Of a stretch of DNA of 64,000 bases, positions 51,183 through 60,346 are shown one piece after another. The DNA comes from Anaerolineae bacterium. GTDB taxonomy: Bacteria; Chloroflexota; Anaerolineae; B4-G1; DUEL01. The notes under the pieces were generated by a model. The model did not search any database. It was given only the letters and a program-made list of their open reading frames with translations, and was not told the DNA's origin. Location of the stretch: the NCBI GenBank assembly GCA_049972045.1, contig JBMFKS010000003.1, positions 9,723-73,722 of the forward strand, written 5' to 3'. The translations under genes and the position numbers were made by a program. The first letter of the stretch is position 1. Every line of letters starts with the position of its first letter.

Positions 51183-51844
51183 CACAGTTAGTTGGGGGGA
51201 TTGCCGCGTTGACCACCCGAGCCCGGCGCGAGCGGGAGAAAGAGGAACGCCGCCAGTCCATCCTCCAGGCCGCGCGAGAGGTCTTCCTGGAGAAGGGCTT
51301 CTCCCGCGCCACGATGGACGATGTTGCTGAGCGCGCCGAGGTCAGCAAAGGCACCCTGTACCTGTATTTTGAGAGCAAGGAGACCCTCCTTGCTCATTTG
51401 CTTTTAGAAGGGCTGGATTCCCTCTACTCCTACCTGGAAGAGGCCTTCGCCCCCGACCGTCCCCTGAGCGCCGACGAACGCCTCCGGCGCATCGGCTGGG
51501 CCTACCTCCGGTTCTTCCAGGAAGAACCCCACTACTTCCGTTTCCTCATGGCCGTCAACGGCGAGCGATTCCGGGAGACGGTCACCCCCGAAATGTACCA
51601 GGAAGTTCTGGCGGCCAGCATGGAAGGGCTGAACCTGGTGGTTCAGGCGATAGAACAGGGCATTCAGGAGGGTTTATTCGCCTGCTGTGACGCTCGCCAG
51701 GCGGCAGCGACCCTCTGGGCCACCTTCAACGGCGTGCTGGAACTGATGAGCCATCCCCTGCGGCGGGATATGGTGGGCGTCAGCACCGATACGTTTTACC
51801 GGACCGCGCTGGAGACCGTGGTGCGGGGGATGCGCGCGTCGTGA
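51152..51844 (+). CDS. TetR/AcrR-family transcriptional regulator
   Basis: The HTH is ILQAAREVFLEKGFSRATMDDVAERAEVSKGTLYLYFESKE. The annotated ATG at 51152 lies inside the -10 hexamer. The real start is probably the in-frame TTG at 51209 or another downstream codon. Confidence 0.8.
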   Translation: MYNDYWSVYDPQLVGGIAALTTRARREREKEERRQSILQAAREVFLEKGFSRATMDDVAERAEVSKGTLYLYFESKETLLAHLLLEGLDSLYSYLEEAFAPDRPLSADERLRRIGWAYLRFFQEEPHYFRFLMAVNGERFRETVTPEMYQEVLAASMEGLNLVVQAIEQGIQEGLFACCDARQAAATLWATFNGVLELMSHPLRRDMVGVSTDTFYRTALETVVRGMRAS

Positions 51845-52045
51845 CCGGTAGCGGGTCGCCCATGGGAATGCAAGAGCGCCCGGACGTATTGCCGCTTAAC
51901 AAATGATTCGGGCAATCACCCGTTGGGTGGTTTTGCCCTCCTCATCCCCCCTGGCCGAGAAGGGGGAATCTTTTCCACCCCCTCCCCCTCGGGGCGTGGC
52001 CCTCGCCCGCCGCCGCAGGCCTCGGCCCGCCACGCCCTCGTGGTC

Positions 52046-52177
52046 AGTCAAGTTTGTACTTATGGGTCCGAATTGCCGACGGGGTCCGGGGCCCATGCAG
52101 GCCACAAGGCGTAGGGCAACGGCTCACAGTTGCCCTACTGGAGGGCGCAAAGACCCACAAAAGTGCTGTTACAAACC
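52046..52177 (+). mobile_element. Family C MITE-like element, third copy (terminal TTGACA degraded to TTACAA)
   Basis: It reads agtcaagtttgtacttatgggtccgaattgccgac...gtagggcaacggctcacagttgccctac..gagggcgcaaagacccacaaaagtgctgttacaaacc. It is preceded at 51945-52045 by family B hairpins. Confidence 0.75.
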
Positions 52178-52283
52178 ACTCGGGCCGCAGGCCCTTTGGC
52201 TGAGCGTCGGGCTGGGTATAACCAGATAGCAGGGCCCGGACACGGAACACGAAATACGCAATATTTACAAAAGGAGGTGCAGT

Positions 52284-53498
52284 GTGAAAGATGTGGTCAT
52301 TGTCAGTCCCCTGCGCACGCCGGTGGGAGCCCACGGCGGCGCGCTCCGCAGCCTGCGGGCTCAGGACCTGGCCTGCATCGTCTTCAAGGCCGTCCTGGAG
52401 CGGACCGGGATAGACCCGGGTATCCTGGATGAAGTGATTCTCGCCAATATCGGTCAGCCCTCGGATGCGGCGAACATCGGCCGGGTGGCCGCACTGATGG
52501 CCGGCGTCCCCATCCACGTCCCCGACTTCACCGTCCAGCGCAACTGTGCCTCCGGCATGCAGGCCATCACCTCCGCCTACCAGGCCATCCAGGCTGGCGA
52601 CGGGGAGATCTATCTGGTGGGCGGCACCGAAAGCATGAGCAATATCCCCTACATTCTGAAGGGCGCCCGCTGGGGGTACAAACTCCGCCATGCCGAACTG
52701 ACCGACGCCCTCTGGGAGGGCCTCACCGACCCCATCTGTGGGCAGATTATGGGCCGCACCGCCGAGAACCTGGCCGAGAAGTACAACATCTCCCGCCAGG
52801 AGCAGGACGAGTACGCGGTCCAATCCCACAAGAAGGCCTTCATGGCCCAGCGGATGGGCAAGTTCAACGACGAGATTGTCCCCGTGGAGGTCGTCAAGAA
52901 GGTCGCCGGGCAGGGGGTGGCGAAGGAGGTCATCACTCAGGACGAGACCATCAACCCCGGCCTCACCGTCCAGAAGGCGGCCCTCTATCCGGCCGTCTTC
53001 AAAGAGGGCGGCACGGTCACCCCGGCCAACTCCTGCCCCATCTCCGACGGCGCGGCGGCAATGATTGTTTGCACGGCGGAGAAAGCGGCCCAACTGGGCC
53101 TCAAGCCGACCGCGCGCATTGTCTCCTACGCCTACGCGGGCGTGGACCCGGCCTATATGGGCATCGGTCCCGCCTACGCGATGCCCAAGGCCCTGAAGCG
53201 GGCCGGCCTCAAACTGGAGGACATAGACGTCATTGAACTGAACGAAGCGTTCGCCGCACAGGTGCTGGCTGTCGCCAAAGAGATGCAGGCGCAGGGCTAC
53301 GACTGGGACTGGAACAAGGTCAACCCCAACGGCGGCGCTATCGCCCTGGGGCACCCCGTGGGCTGCACGGCCGCCAAACTGGTCGCCACACTCACCAACG
53401 AGATGCAGCGCCGCAAAGCCCGCTACGGCATTGATACGATGTGCGTCGGCGGCGGCCAGGGCGGCTGCCTGATCCTGGAGCGGATTCCGATGGATTAA
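52284..53498 (+). CDS. Acetyl-CoA C-acetyltransferase (thiolase II)
   Basis: The GTG start has AAGGAGG 6 nt upstream. VKDVVIVSPLRTPVGAHGGAL...NCASGMQAI...NPNGGAIALGHPVGCTAA shows thiolase active-site Cys/His contexts. Confidence 0.9.
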   Translation: MKDVVIVSPLRTPVGAHGGALRSLRAQDLACIVFKAVLERTGIDPGILDEVILANIGQPSDAANIGRVAALMAGVPIHVPDFTVQRNCASGMQAITSAYQAIQAGDGEIYLVGGTESMSNIPYILKGARWGYKLRHAELTDALWEGLTDPICGQIMGRTAENLAEKYNISRQEQDEYAVQSHKKAFMAQRMGKFNDEIVPVEVVKKVAGQGVAKEVITQDETINPGLTVQKAALYPAVFKEGGTVTPANSCPISDGAAAMIVCTAEKAAQLGLKPTARIVSYAYAGVDPAYMGIGPAYAMPKALKRAGLKLEDIDVIELNEAFAAQVLAVAKEMQAQGYDWDWNKVNPNGGAIALGHPVGCTAAKLVATLTNEMQRRKARYGIDTMCVGGGQGGCLILERIPMD

Positions 53499-53500
53499 AC

Positions 53501-53563
53501 AGACGACGGACGACAGACGACTGTGGTCCGTGGTCCGTCGTCCGTGGTCCGTGGTCCGTGGTC
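53501..53563. repeat. Heptanucleotide tandem array (GACGACG/GTCCGTG variants)
   Basis: The array cagacgacggacgacagacgactgtggtccgtggtccgtcgtccgtggtccgtggtccgtggtc fills the thiolase-hbd spacer. Confidence 0.85.
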
Positions 53564-53584
53564 AATCCTAACAGGAGGTGAAAG

Positions 53585-54808
53585 ATGTACATTTTCAAAG
53601 CGGCCGTGGTCGGTGCCGGGACAATGGGCGGGGAGATCGCCCAGGTCATCAGTTTTTCCGGTCTTCCCGTCGTCCTCAAAGACATTGACGAGAAGATGCT
53701 GGAGCGGGGGGTGGCCAAAGCCCGCGAAATCTATCAGCGCCGGGTGGAGAAGGGCAAGATGAGCGCGGGCGAGATGCAGGCCAAGATGGATCTCATCACC
53801 CCCACCCTCACCTACGATGGCTTTGAGGACGTGGACATCGTTATTGAGGCCGTCCCGGAGCGGATGGACATCAAGAAGCGGGTATTCCAGGAACTGGACG
53901 AGGTCTGCCCGGAGCAGACGATCTTCGCCAGCAACACCTCGGCCCTCTCCATCTCCGAGATGGGCGCGGCGACCAAACGCCCCCACAAAGTCATCGGCAT
54001 GCACTTCTTCAACCCCGCCAGCGTGATGAAACTGGTGGAGGTCATCCCCGGCCTGGATACCAGCCAGGAGACGGTAGACGACGTGGTGATGTTCGCCGAG
54101 AGCCTGCGCAAAATCCCCGTCGTCGTCCAGGAGTGCCCGGGCTTCCTGGTCAACCGGTTGCTCATGCCCTACCTGAACGAGGCAACGAAGGCGCTGGAGG
54201 AGGGCGCGGCGACCGCCAGCGAGATTGACCGGGCCGTGGTGGAGTGGGGCATGCCGATGGGGCCCTTCACGCTGATGGATATGCTGGGGCTGGACGTCTG
54301 CGCCCATGTCGGCCAGTACCTCTACAGCGAGTACGGCGACCGGATGGAGCCCGCCCGCCTCTTTGAGAAACTGGTCGCCGCCGGACGCCTGGGCGAGAAG
54401 ACCGGCGCCGGGTTCTACGACCACCCGGGCGGCGAATCCGAGGTCGTCTACAAGATGATTAAGGAACTTCAGGAATCGGGGGCTGTTCGTACCGGGACGA
54501 AGTTCTCGGTGGAACGGCTCATGTACCCGGTCATCAACGAGGCCGCCCTCTGCGTCCAGGAGCACATCGCCAGCATCAGCGACATTGATATGGCCATGGT
54601 CGCCGGGACCGGGATGACCTACGGCGGGGAGCGCATCGGCCCCCTGGCGATTGCCGACAAAATCGGCCTGGACGTGGTGGTCGCCAAACTGGAGGAACTG
54701 GCGAAGGAATTGGGCCCGCGCTTCCTGCCCTCCCGCCCGCTGAAACTGCGCGTCCGCGCCGGACACCTGGGCGTGAAGACGGGCAAGGGATTCCACGAGT
54801 ACGCGTAA
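53585..54808 (+). CDS. 3-hydroxyacyl-CoA dehydrogenase (NAD-binding + C-terminal domains)
   Basis: MYIFKAAVVGAGTMGGEIAQV carries a Rossmann GxGxxG motif, and the total of 407 aa is typical of fadB/hbd-like enzymes. Confidence 0.9.
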   Translation: MYIFKAAVVGAGTMGGEIAQVISFSGLPVVLKDIDEKMLERGVAKAREIYQRRVEKGKMSAGEMQAKMDLITPTLTYDGFEDVDIVIEAVPERMDIKKRVFQELDEVCPEQTIFASNTSALSISEMGAATKRPHKVIGMHFFNPASVMKLVEVIPGLDTSQETVDDVVMFAESLRKIPVVVQECPGFLVNRLLMPYLNEATKALEEGAATASEIDRAVVEWGMPMGPFTLMDMLGLDVCAHVGQYLYSEYGDRMEPARLFEKLVAAGRLGEKTGAGFYDHPGGESEVVYKMIKELQESGAVRTGTKFSVERLMYPVINEAALCVQEHIASISDIDMAMVAGTGMTYGGERIGPLAIADKIGLDVVVAKLEELAKELGPRFLPSRPLKLRVRAGHLGVKTGKGFHEYA

Positions 54809-54836
54809 CCCCGGGCCCTCGGTGTGCCCCGTAAAC

Positions 54837-54878
54837 GGAATACGGAGTACGCAGTACGGGCTTCGTACTCCGTATTCC
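54837..54878 (+). repeat. Perfect 15-bp-stem hairpin built from heptamer-like units (ggaatacggagtacg..cgtactccgtattcc), no T-tract
   Basis: It was seen by reverse-complementing the left arm. It lies between hbd and the crotonase gene. Confidence 0.75.
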
Positions 54879-54911
54879 GTACCATTCGCAACATTGCTGA
54901 GGAGGAACATC

Positions 54912-55712
54912 ATGGGCAACTGGCAGTACATCCGAACCGAAATTGAAGACCGCATCGCCACCCTTACCATTGACCACCCCCCCGTCAACTCCTTCAACCG
55001 GCAGGTGGTGACCGAACTGGAAGAGGCCATTGATGAACTGCTGGCCAACGACGAGGTGAAGGCCATTGTCATCACCGGCGGCGGGACCAATGCCTTCGTC
55101 GCCGGGGCCGACATCCCGGAGATCAAGAACTTGCTGGAGAACCCCGGCGAGAATTACGCCGCGTCCCGTGAGTTTATTGAGCGAGGCCAGCGGCTGTTCC
55201 TGAAGATTGAGCAGGCCACCAAGCCCATCATCGCCGCCATCAACGGCTTCTGCCTGGGCGGGGGTCTGGAACTGGCGATGGCCTGCCACATGCGGGTCTG
55301 CTCCGATCGGGCCCGCCTGGGCCAGCCGGAGATCAACCTGGGCATCATCCCCGGCTGGGGCGGCACCCAGCGGCTGCCCCGCATCGTCGGCAAGGGCAAG
55401 GCCATAGAACTCATCCTCACCGGCGACATGATCACCGCCCAGGAAGCCTACCGCCTCAACCTGGTCAACAAGGTTGTCCCGGCGGGCGCTGTCCTCAAGG
55501 AAGCCCGCGATCTGGCCCGCAAGATCGTCTCCAAGTCCAAATTCCCCATCGCCGCCGCGCTGCGCGCCATTGACCAGGGCCTGGCATTGCCCATTGAGGA
55601 GGGCCTGCGGGTGGAGGCGGAGCAGTTCGTCAGCCTGGCTGACACGGAGGACATCCGCGAGGGCATCAACGCCTTCCTGGAAAAGCGGCAGCCGCAGTTC
55701 AAGGACAGGTAA
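54912..55712 (+). CDS. Enoyl-CoA hydratase (crotonase family)
   Basis: [28 protein letters not shown]...[25 protein letters not shown] matches the crotonase family. The ATG at 54912 is preceded by GAGGAGG. Confidence 0.9.
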   Translation: MGNWQYIRTEIEDRIATLTIDHPPVNSFNRQVVTELEEAIDELLANDEVKAIVITGGGTNAFVAGADIPEIKNLLENPGENYAASREFIERGQRLFLKIEQATKPIIAAINGFCLGGGLELAMACHMRVCSDRARLGQPEINLGIIPGWGGTQRLPRIVGKGKAIELILTGDMITAQEAYRLNLVNKVVPAGAVLKEARDLARKIVSKSKFPIAAALRAIDQGLALPIEEGLRVEAEQFVSLADTEDIREGINAFLEKRQPQFKDR

Positions 55713-55740
55713 CGGGAGCAGGTCGCAGGTCGCACGGAGC
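55713..55740. repeat. Heptamer array (GCAGGTC x ~3), left flank of the four-helix-bundle gene
   Basis: It reads gagcaggtcgcaggtcgcacggagc. Confidence 0.8.
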
Positions 55741-55747
55741 GGGGAGG

Positions 55748-56134
55748 ATGTCGCAGAGCGGGAAGCCGAAGGGGTACGAGGAGACGGGAATCTGCCAGTT
55801 GGCTAAACAACTGGCGGTGGAAATCCACCGGATGACGCTGGAAGAACTGCCCAAATTTGAGATGTACGAAGAGGGTAGTCAGATTCGGCGGTCGTCCAAA
55901 TCCGTAGTGGCAAACTTCGTAGAAGCCTACGGGATGAAGCGCTACCCGGGCGACACAGTCCGTTACCTGACGTACTCCCTGGCTTCCTGCGACGAGACCA
56001 AATCGCACCTGGAAATGCTCTACGAGTCAGGTTCTCTGGCACCAGAGCGGTTTGAGTACTTCTACAATCAATACCGCAAACTGGGCGCTATGCTCTACAA
56101 CTACCGCGAAGCCGCTATCCAGGGCCGCGTGTAA
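55748..56134 (+). CDS. Four-helix-bundle protein (TIGR02436-type, 23S rRNA-intervening-sequence protein family)
   Basis: [62 protein letters not shown]...[11 protein letters not shown] shows the characteristic QxRRSxxSxxxNxxE pattern. It is inserted inside the beta-oxidation operon. Confidence 0.75.
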   Translation: MSQSGKPKGYEETGICQLAKQLAVEIHRMTLEELPKFEMYEEGSQIRRSSKSVVANFVEAYGMKRYPGDTVRYLTYSLASCDETKSHLEMLYESGSLAPERFEYFYNQYRKLGAMLYNYREAAIQGRV

Positions 56135-56182
56135 CCCTGCGACCTGCGACCTGCGACCCTGCGACCTGCGACCCTGTACACG
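56135..56182. repeat. Heptamer array in reverse-complement orientation (CTGCGAC x ~6), right flank of the four-helix-bundle gene
   Basis: It reads ccctgcgacctgcgacctgcgaccctgcgacctgcgaccctg, inverted relative to the left-flank array. Confidence 0.85.
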
Positions 56183-56193
56183 GGAGGTGACAT

Positions 56194-57351
56194 ATGGACT
56201 TCGCCCTGAGCGAAGAGCAACGGATGTTCCGCGACATGTTCCGCAACTTCGCCGCCAAAGAGGTCGCTCCCCGGGCCGAGGAGATAGACCACGCGGAGAC
56301 CCTTCCAAAAGAAATGCTCCGCAAGGCGGCCGAGCAGGGCTTCCTGGGCGCGACGGTTCCGGAGGACTATTACGGGGCGGCGCTGGACAACGTGAGTTAC
56401 GCCCTCCTGCTGGAGAACCTGGCCACGGCCTGCGCGTCCCTGGCGGTCATCGTGGCAGCCCATGTGAGCCAGGTGGCTATGAGCATTCTGGATTTCGGCA
56501 CCGACGCCCAGAAAGAGGAATGGCTGCCCGCCCTGGCTGGCGGTGAGGCTATCGGCGCCTTCGCCCTCAGCGAGCCTGATGCCGGCAGCGACATGCTGGC
56601 GCTGGAAACCCGCGCCCGCTACGAGGGCGATGACGTCGTCCTGGACGGGATCAAAACCTGGGTGACCAACGGCGAATGGGCGGGCCTCTTCCTGGTCTTC
56701 GCCCGCGGCCCGCAGGGGGTGGATGCCTATCTGATCCCGCGCGAGGCCCCCGGCCTGACCGTCGGCTACCGGGAGCCGACGCTGGGGCTGCGCTCCGCCT
56801 GCTTCAACACCCTCTACCTGGAGGGGTGCCGCGTCCCCCAGAGTTCCCGCCTGGGTGGTCCAGGGGAGGGCGCGGCCATTGCTCAACGCGCGGTGAACCG
56901 GATGGCGGTCGCGCTGGCCGCCGTCGGTCTGGGCCTGGCCGAGTCTTCGGTGGACGTCGCCGCCCAGTACGCCACGGAGCGGGTCCAGTTCGGCGTCCCC
57001 ATCGGTAAGAAGCAGGCCATCCAGAACTACATCGCCAACGCCTATGCCGAGACGGAGGCGCTGCGCTACCTGGTCTATCGGACGGCTTGGCTGATGGACC
57101 AGGGGGAGGACTTCTCCGTGGACGCCTCGGTTGTCAAGGCCTTCGGTGCCCGCATTGCCCGCAGCGTGACCAACTGGATGCTCCAGGTCCTGGGCGGCTA
57201 TGGCTTTATGGAGGACTACCCGATGGCCCGCAAGTACCGGGACGCCCGCGTTCTGGGCATCATTGGCGGCCCGACGGAGGTCCATCTATTCAACGTCGCG
57301 CGGCACATCTTCGCGCAGAGAGACCTGGAGATCGTGCCGCGGCACCAGTAA
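56194..57351 (+). CDS. Acyl-CoA dehydrogenase
   Basis: MDFALSEEQRMFRDMFRNFAAKEVAPRAEEID...QVLGGYGFMEDYPMARKYRDARVLGIIGGPTEV matches the ACAD family. Confidence 0.9.
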   Translation: MDFALSEEQRMFRDMFRNFAAKEVAPRAEEIDHAETLPKEMLRKAAEQGFLGATVPEDYYGAALDNVSYALLLENLATACASLAVIVAAHVSQVAMSILDFGTDAQKEEWLPALAGGEAIGAFALSEPDAGSDMLALETRARYEGDDVVLDGIKTWVTNGEWAGLFLVFARGPQGVDAYLIPREAPGLTVGYREPTLGLRSACFNTLYLEGCRVPQSSRLGGPGEGAAIAQRAVNRMAVALAAVGLGLAESSVDVAAQYATERVQFGVPIGKKQAIQNYIANAYAETEALRYLVYRTAWLMDQGEDFSVDASVVKAFGARIARSVTNWMLQVLGGYGFMEDYPMARKYRDARVLGIIGGPTEVHLFNVARHIFAQRDLEIVPRHQ

Positions 57352-57381
57352 CGGAACACGCAGTACGGAACGGAGGTCCCT

Positions 57382-58548
57382 ATGGATTTCACCTTTTCGC
57401 CCGAACACCAGGCCCTGCGCCGAATGATCCGGGAGTTCGCTGAGACGGAGATCGCGCCCATCGCGGCCGAATTGGACCGGGAGCACAAAGTCCCCCGGGA
57501 CATTATGCGCAAACTGGGGGAGATCGGCCTGCTGGGCGTCTGCTTCCCCCAGGAGTACGGCGGGATGGGCGCGGGCGAGACCGGCTACTGCATCCTGATG
57601 GAGGAACTGGGCCGCGTCTGTGCCAACACCGCCGTGAACGTGGGCGCCCACATCGGCATCGGCGCGATGTGCATCCACCTGGACGGCAACCCGGAGCAGA
57701 AGCGCAAGTACCTGACCCCCCTGGCGCGCGGGGAGAAAATCGCCGCCTTCGGCCTCACCGAGTCCAACGCCGGCTCCGACGCCGCCAACGTCCGCACCCG
57801 CGCCGTCCGGGAGGGGGACTCCTGGATTCTGGACGGCGGCAAAGTCTTCATCACCAACGGCGGCTACGCCGACATCATCACCGTCCTGGCGGTGACGGAC
57901 CCGGCCCTGGGCGCGCGCGGCGGCATCACCGCCTTTATCGTAGAGACGGACTGGCCCGGCTTCAAGGTGGCCCGGGAAGAGGACAAGATGGGCATCCGCG
58001 GCTCCAGCACCGCCGAACTGGTCTTTGAGGAACTGCGAGTCCCCCACGAGAACGTCCTGGGCAAAGTCGGCGAGGGGTTCGTAACCTTCATGAAGTCGCT
58101 GGATATGGGCCGGCTGACCCTGGGAGCGGCCTGTCTCGGCGGCGCGCAGCAGTTGCTGGAGCAGTGCGTCTACTGGGCCAAAACCCGCACCCAGTTCGGC
58201 GAGGCCCTGGCCCACAAGCAGGCCGTCCAGTGGATGATCGCCAATATGGCCACCGAGATTGAGGCCCTGCGCAGCCTGGTCTATCGGGTGGCCTGGCTGG
58301 TGGATACGGGCCAGCCCTTCACCCAACTGGCGGCGATGTGCAAACTCTACGGCTCCGAGGTCCTCTCCCGCGCCGTGGACATGGCCATTCAGATCCACGG
58401 CGGTCTGGGCCTCTCGCGGGACTTCCCCATTGAGCGGGCCTTCCGGGATGCCCGGATCAACGAAATCTTTGAAGGGACCAACGAGGTTCAGCGCATCGTC
58501 ATCGCCAGCAATATCTTCCGCGAGTTCGGCGTGCGGATCCGCCCGTAA
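57382..58548 (+). CDS. Acyl-CoA dehydrogenase (second paralog)
   Basis: MDFTFSPEHQALRRMIREFAETEIAPIAAELD...IQIHGGLGLSRDFPIERAFRDARINEIFEGTNEVQRIV matches the ACAD family. Confidence 0.9.
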   Translation: MDFTFSPEHQALRRMIREFAETEIAPIAAELDREHKVPRDIMRKLGEIGLLGVCFPQEYGGMGAGETGYCILMEELGRVCANTAVNVGAHIGIGAMCIHLDGNPEQKRKYLTPLARGEKIAAFGLTESNAGSDAANVRTRAVREGDSWILDGGKVFITNGGYADIITVLAVTDPALGARGGITAFIVETDWPGFKVAREEDKMGIRGSSTAELVFEELRVPHENVLGKVGEGFVTFMKSLDMGRLTLGAACLGGAQQLLEQCVYWAKTRTQFGEALAHKQAVQWMIANMATEIEALRSLVYRVAWLVDTGQPFTQLAAMCKLYGSEVLSRAVDMAIQIHGGLGLSRDFPIERAFRDARINEIFEGTNEVQRIVIASNIFREFGVRIRP

Positions 58549-58756
58549 CGGTCGCACGGAGCAGGGTCCGGGGAGCACCGGTCGGGTCTGTGCGGGCAGG
58601 AGAACAGCCCGTGCTATAAGTAGCGCAGGTTGCCAGGCCCGTACGAATCAACGGAGGACAAAACGGGGCGCACGACGGAGACAGGGGAGACGAAGGCGGC
58701 GGTCAAATTAACAAGCGAGTTCGCAGCCAAAGAGCGCAAGATTCATCTTGCGCCCC

Positions 58757-58946
58757 TTACCGGATGGGTCCGAAATCCTGACGGCTGATGCCTAACTCCC
58801 GGAGAACGGCGCGAACGGTCCCAGGAGCCAGGTCTCTGGAGCCCCAGTCCGGCACCGAGGCGACCTTCCCGGTGGGATGTGGTGGCTTCCCTTACCCGAA
58901 CGCAGTTCCTGGCATCCCAGATCGCGTAGTCGCCGGGCCAGTTCAC
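58757..58946 (-). pseudogene. hicA-like mRNA-interferase toxin gene interrupted by a frameshift
   Basis: Hand translation of the minus strand gives frame a ..NCVRVREATTSHRE.. (the HicA VRQ-GSH region), then frame b ..HPTGKVASVPDWGSRDLAPGTVRAVLRELGISRQDF* (the HicA C-terminal GTLRxILRQAGLS-like end). No single frame covers both halves. Confidence 0.5.
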
Positions 58947-58955
58947 GGTAGCGCA

Positions 58956-59210
58956 TCAGACTGCCACCAGCATCTCCACCGCCTGAGGGCGGTCAGCCGT
59001 GAACGGACGGAGAGCCGCAGGGGGTTCTATCCCCAATTCCTGCCAGGCCTCCAGCAGGCCGCTGAGGGCTTCCTGGACGTTGTGCAGAATCTCATCCGGA
59101 GTCCGGCCCTCGGTCACCAGGCCCGGGACATCCGGACTGGTGACCGTGTAGGTGCCCTCAGGATTGGGCTCCAGAAGAAGTCGGATAAAAAACATTTGAC
59201 TGGTCGCCAT
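58956..59210 (-). CDS. hicB: HicB-family antitoxin (UPF0150)
   Basis: The 84-aa protein reads MFFIRLLLEPNPEGTYTVTSPDVPGLVTEGRTPDEILHNVQEALSGLLEAWQELG, a HicB N-terminal RNase-H-like fold pattern. Confidence 0.7.
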   Translation of the reverse strand: MATSQMFFIRLLLEPNPEGTYTVTSPDVPGLVTEGRTPDEILHNVQEALSGLLEAWQELGIEPPAALRPFTADRPQAVEMLVAV

Positions 59211-59340
59211 CTCGCCCTGCCTGGTTTTCAGAATCTGTGCCCAGATATTATAGCACGGTGCGGGAGAGTCGCAACGATGACCGGTCGGGAGAGGCCGGTT
59301 GCCTGCCCCTGCGATTCAGGGAGGTAAGCGAAGGAGGAAA

Positions 59341-60132
59341 ATGATGCGCATCGTCGTTATACTCGGACGCGTTCTGGACCCCCGGGGGATCGTCGTCAAC
59401 CCGCGGGCGGGCCGAGTCTTCGTCAACCGGGAGGAGTACATCCTTCAGCCCGCCGACCGCTGCGCGCTGGAGGCCGCGCTGCGGATCAAAGAGACGGTCG
59501 GGGCCGAAGTGGTCGCTCTGCCGCGCGCTTTCTTGCCCGATGACGACATCCTGCGGCAGGCCCTGGCCATAGGCGCCGACCGGGCCATCTATCTCGCGGG
59601 CAAACCGACCGCGCTGCCCGACGACGGCCTGATGGCCCGGGTGCTGGTGGCCGCGATAGGGCGGCTGGGCGGCGCCGACCTCATCCTCACCGGCGCCACA
59701 ACCCTGGACACCGGTCAGGGTCAACTGGGACCGCGCCTGGCCGAAGCGCTGGGTTGGCCACAGATTGTCGGCGCCTGGGCCGCTGAGGTGGCCGATGGGG
59801 TCGTGCGGACGGTTCGGCAGGATGACGCCGGTTTCGTGCAGGTAGAGGCACCGCTTCCGGCGGTGGTCACCTTCGTCCCCGGCGCGCTGAAACTCCGCTA
59901 CCCCGACGGCCGGCGCCTCATCAACATCTACAAGGGCGTGGGCGACATCGCGGCCGCCCTGGAGCGCTGGGAGGCGAAGGACCTGGTTGCCCCGGAAGCA
60001 CTGACCCCTGTGCTGGAGCGGCGCGGGCAGGACTTCCCGCCGGAGCGGGAGCGCGGCGTCCGACTGACCGGGAGCGGGGAGGAGATGGCCCGCTCCGCCG
60101 CCGATGCCCTGCGGGCTCGGTTGGTTCGTTGA
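59341..60132 (+). CDS. etfB: Electron transfer flavoprotein beta subunit
   Basis: MMRIVVILGRVLDPRGIVVNPRAGRVFVNREEYILQPADRCALEAALRIKE matches ETF-beta. AGGAGG lies upstream, and the ORF's earlier M at 59299 lacks an RBS. Confidence 0.9.
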   Translation: MMRIVVILGRVLDPRGIVVNPRAGRVFVNREEYILQPADRCALEAALRIKETVGAEVVALPRAFLPDDDILRQALAIGADRAIYLAGKPTALPDDGLMARVLVAAIGRLGGADLILTGATTLDTGQGQLGPRLAEALGWPQIVGAWAAEVADGVVRTVRQDDAGFVQVEAPLPAVVTFVPGALKLRYPDGRRLINIYKGVGDIAAALERWEAKDLVAPEALTPVLERRGQDFPPERERGVRLTGSGEEMARSAADALRARLVR

Positions 60133-60346
60133 AACCACCAAGACACTTTGTTGAAACCACCAAGACACCAAGACACGAAGTATGAAAACTTTGTGTCTTC
60201 GTGTCTTTGTGGTGAAACCACCAAGACACCAAGACACGAAGTATAAAAACTTTGTGTCTTCGTGTCTTCGTGGTGAAACCGCCAAACCACCAAGACACGA
60301 AGTATAAAAACTTTGTGTCTTCGTGTCTTTGTGGTGAAACCACCAA
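60133..60346. repeat. Three tandem copies of a ~62-bp imperfect-palindromic, A/T-richer unit between etfB and etfA
   Basis: The unit gaaaccaccaagacaccaagacacgaagtat[g/a]aaaactttgtgtcttcgtgtctt[t/c]gtggt repeats three times. The left and right halves of each unit are near reverse complements. Confidence 0.85.

Noticed and set aside
51945-52283. Small ORFs 52130-52432 (+), 51903-52229 (+) and 51896-52105 (-) between tetR and the thiolase gene
   Set aside because: They are translations of family B and C repeat elements. The MPYWRAQRPTKVLL peptide recurs wherever the repeat occurs. They are not genes.
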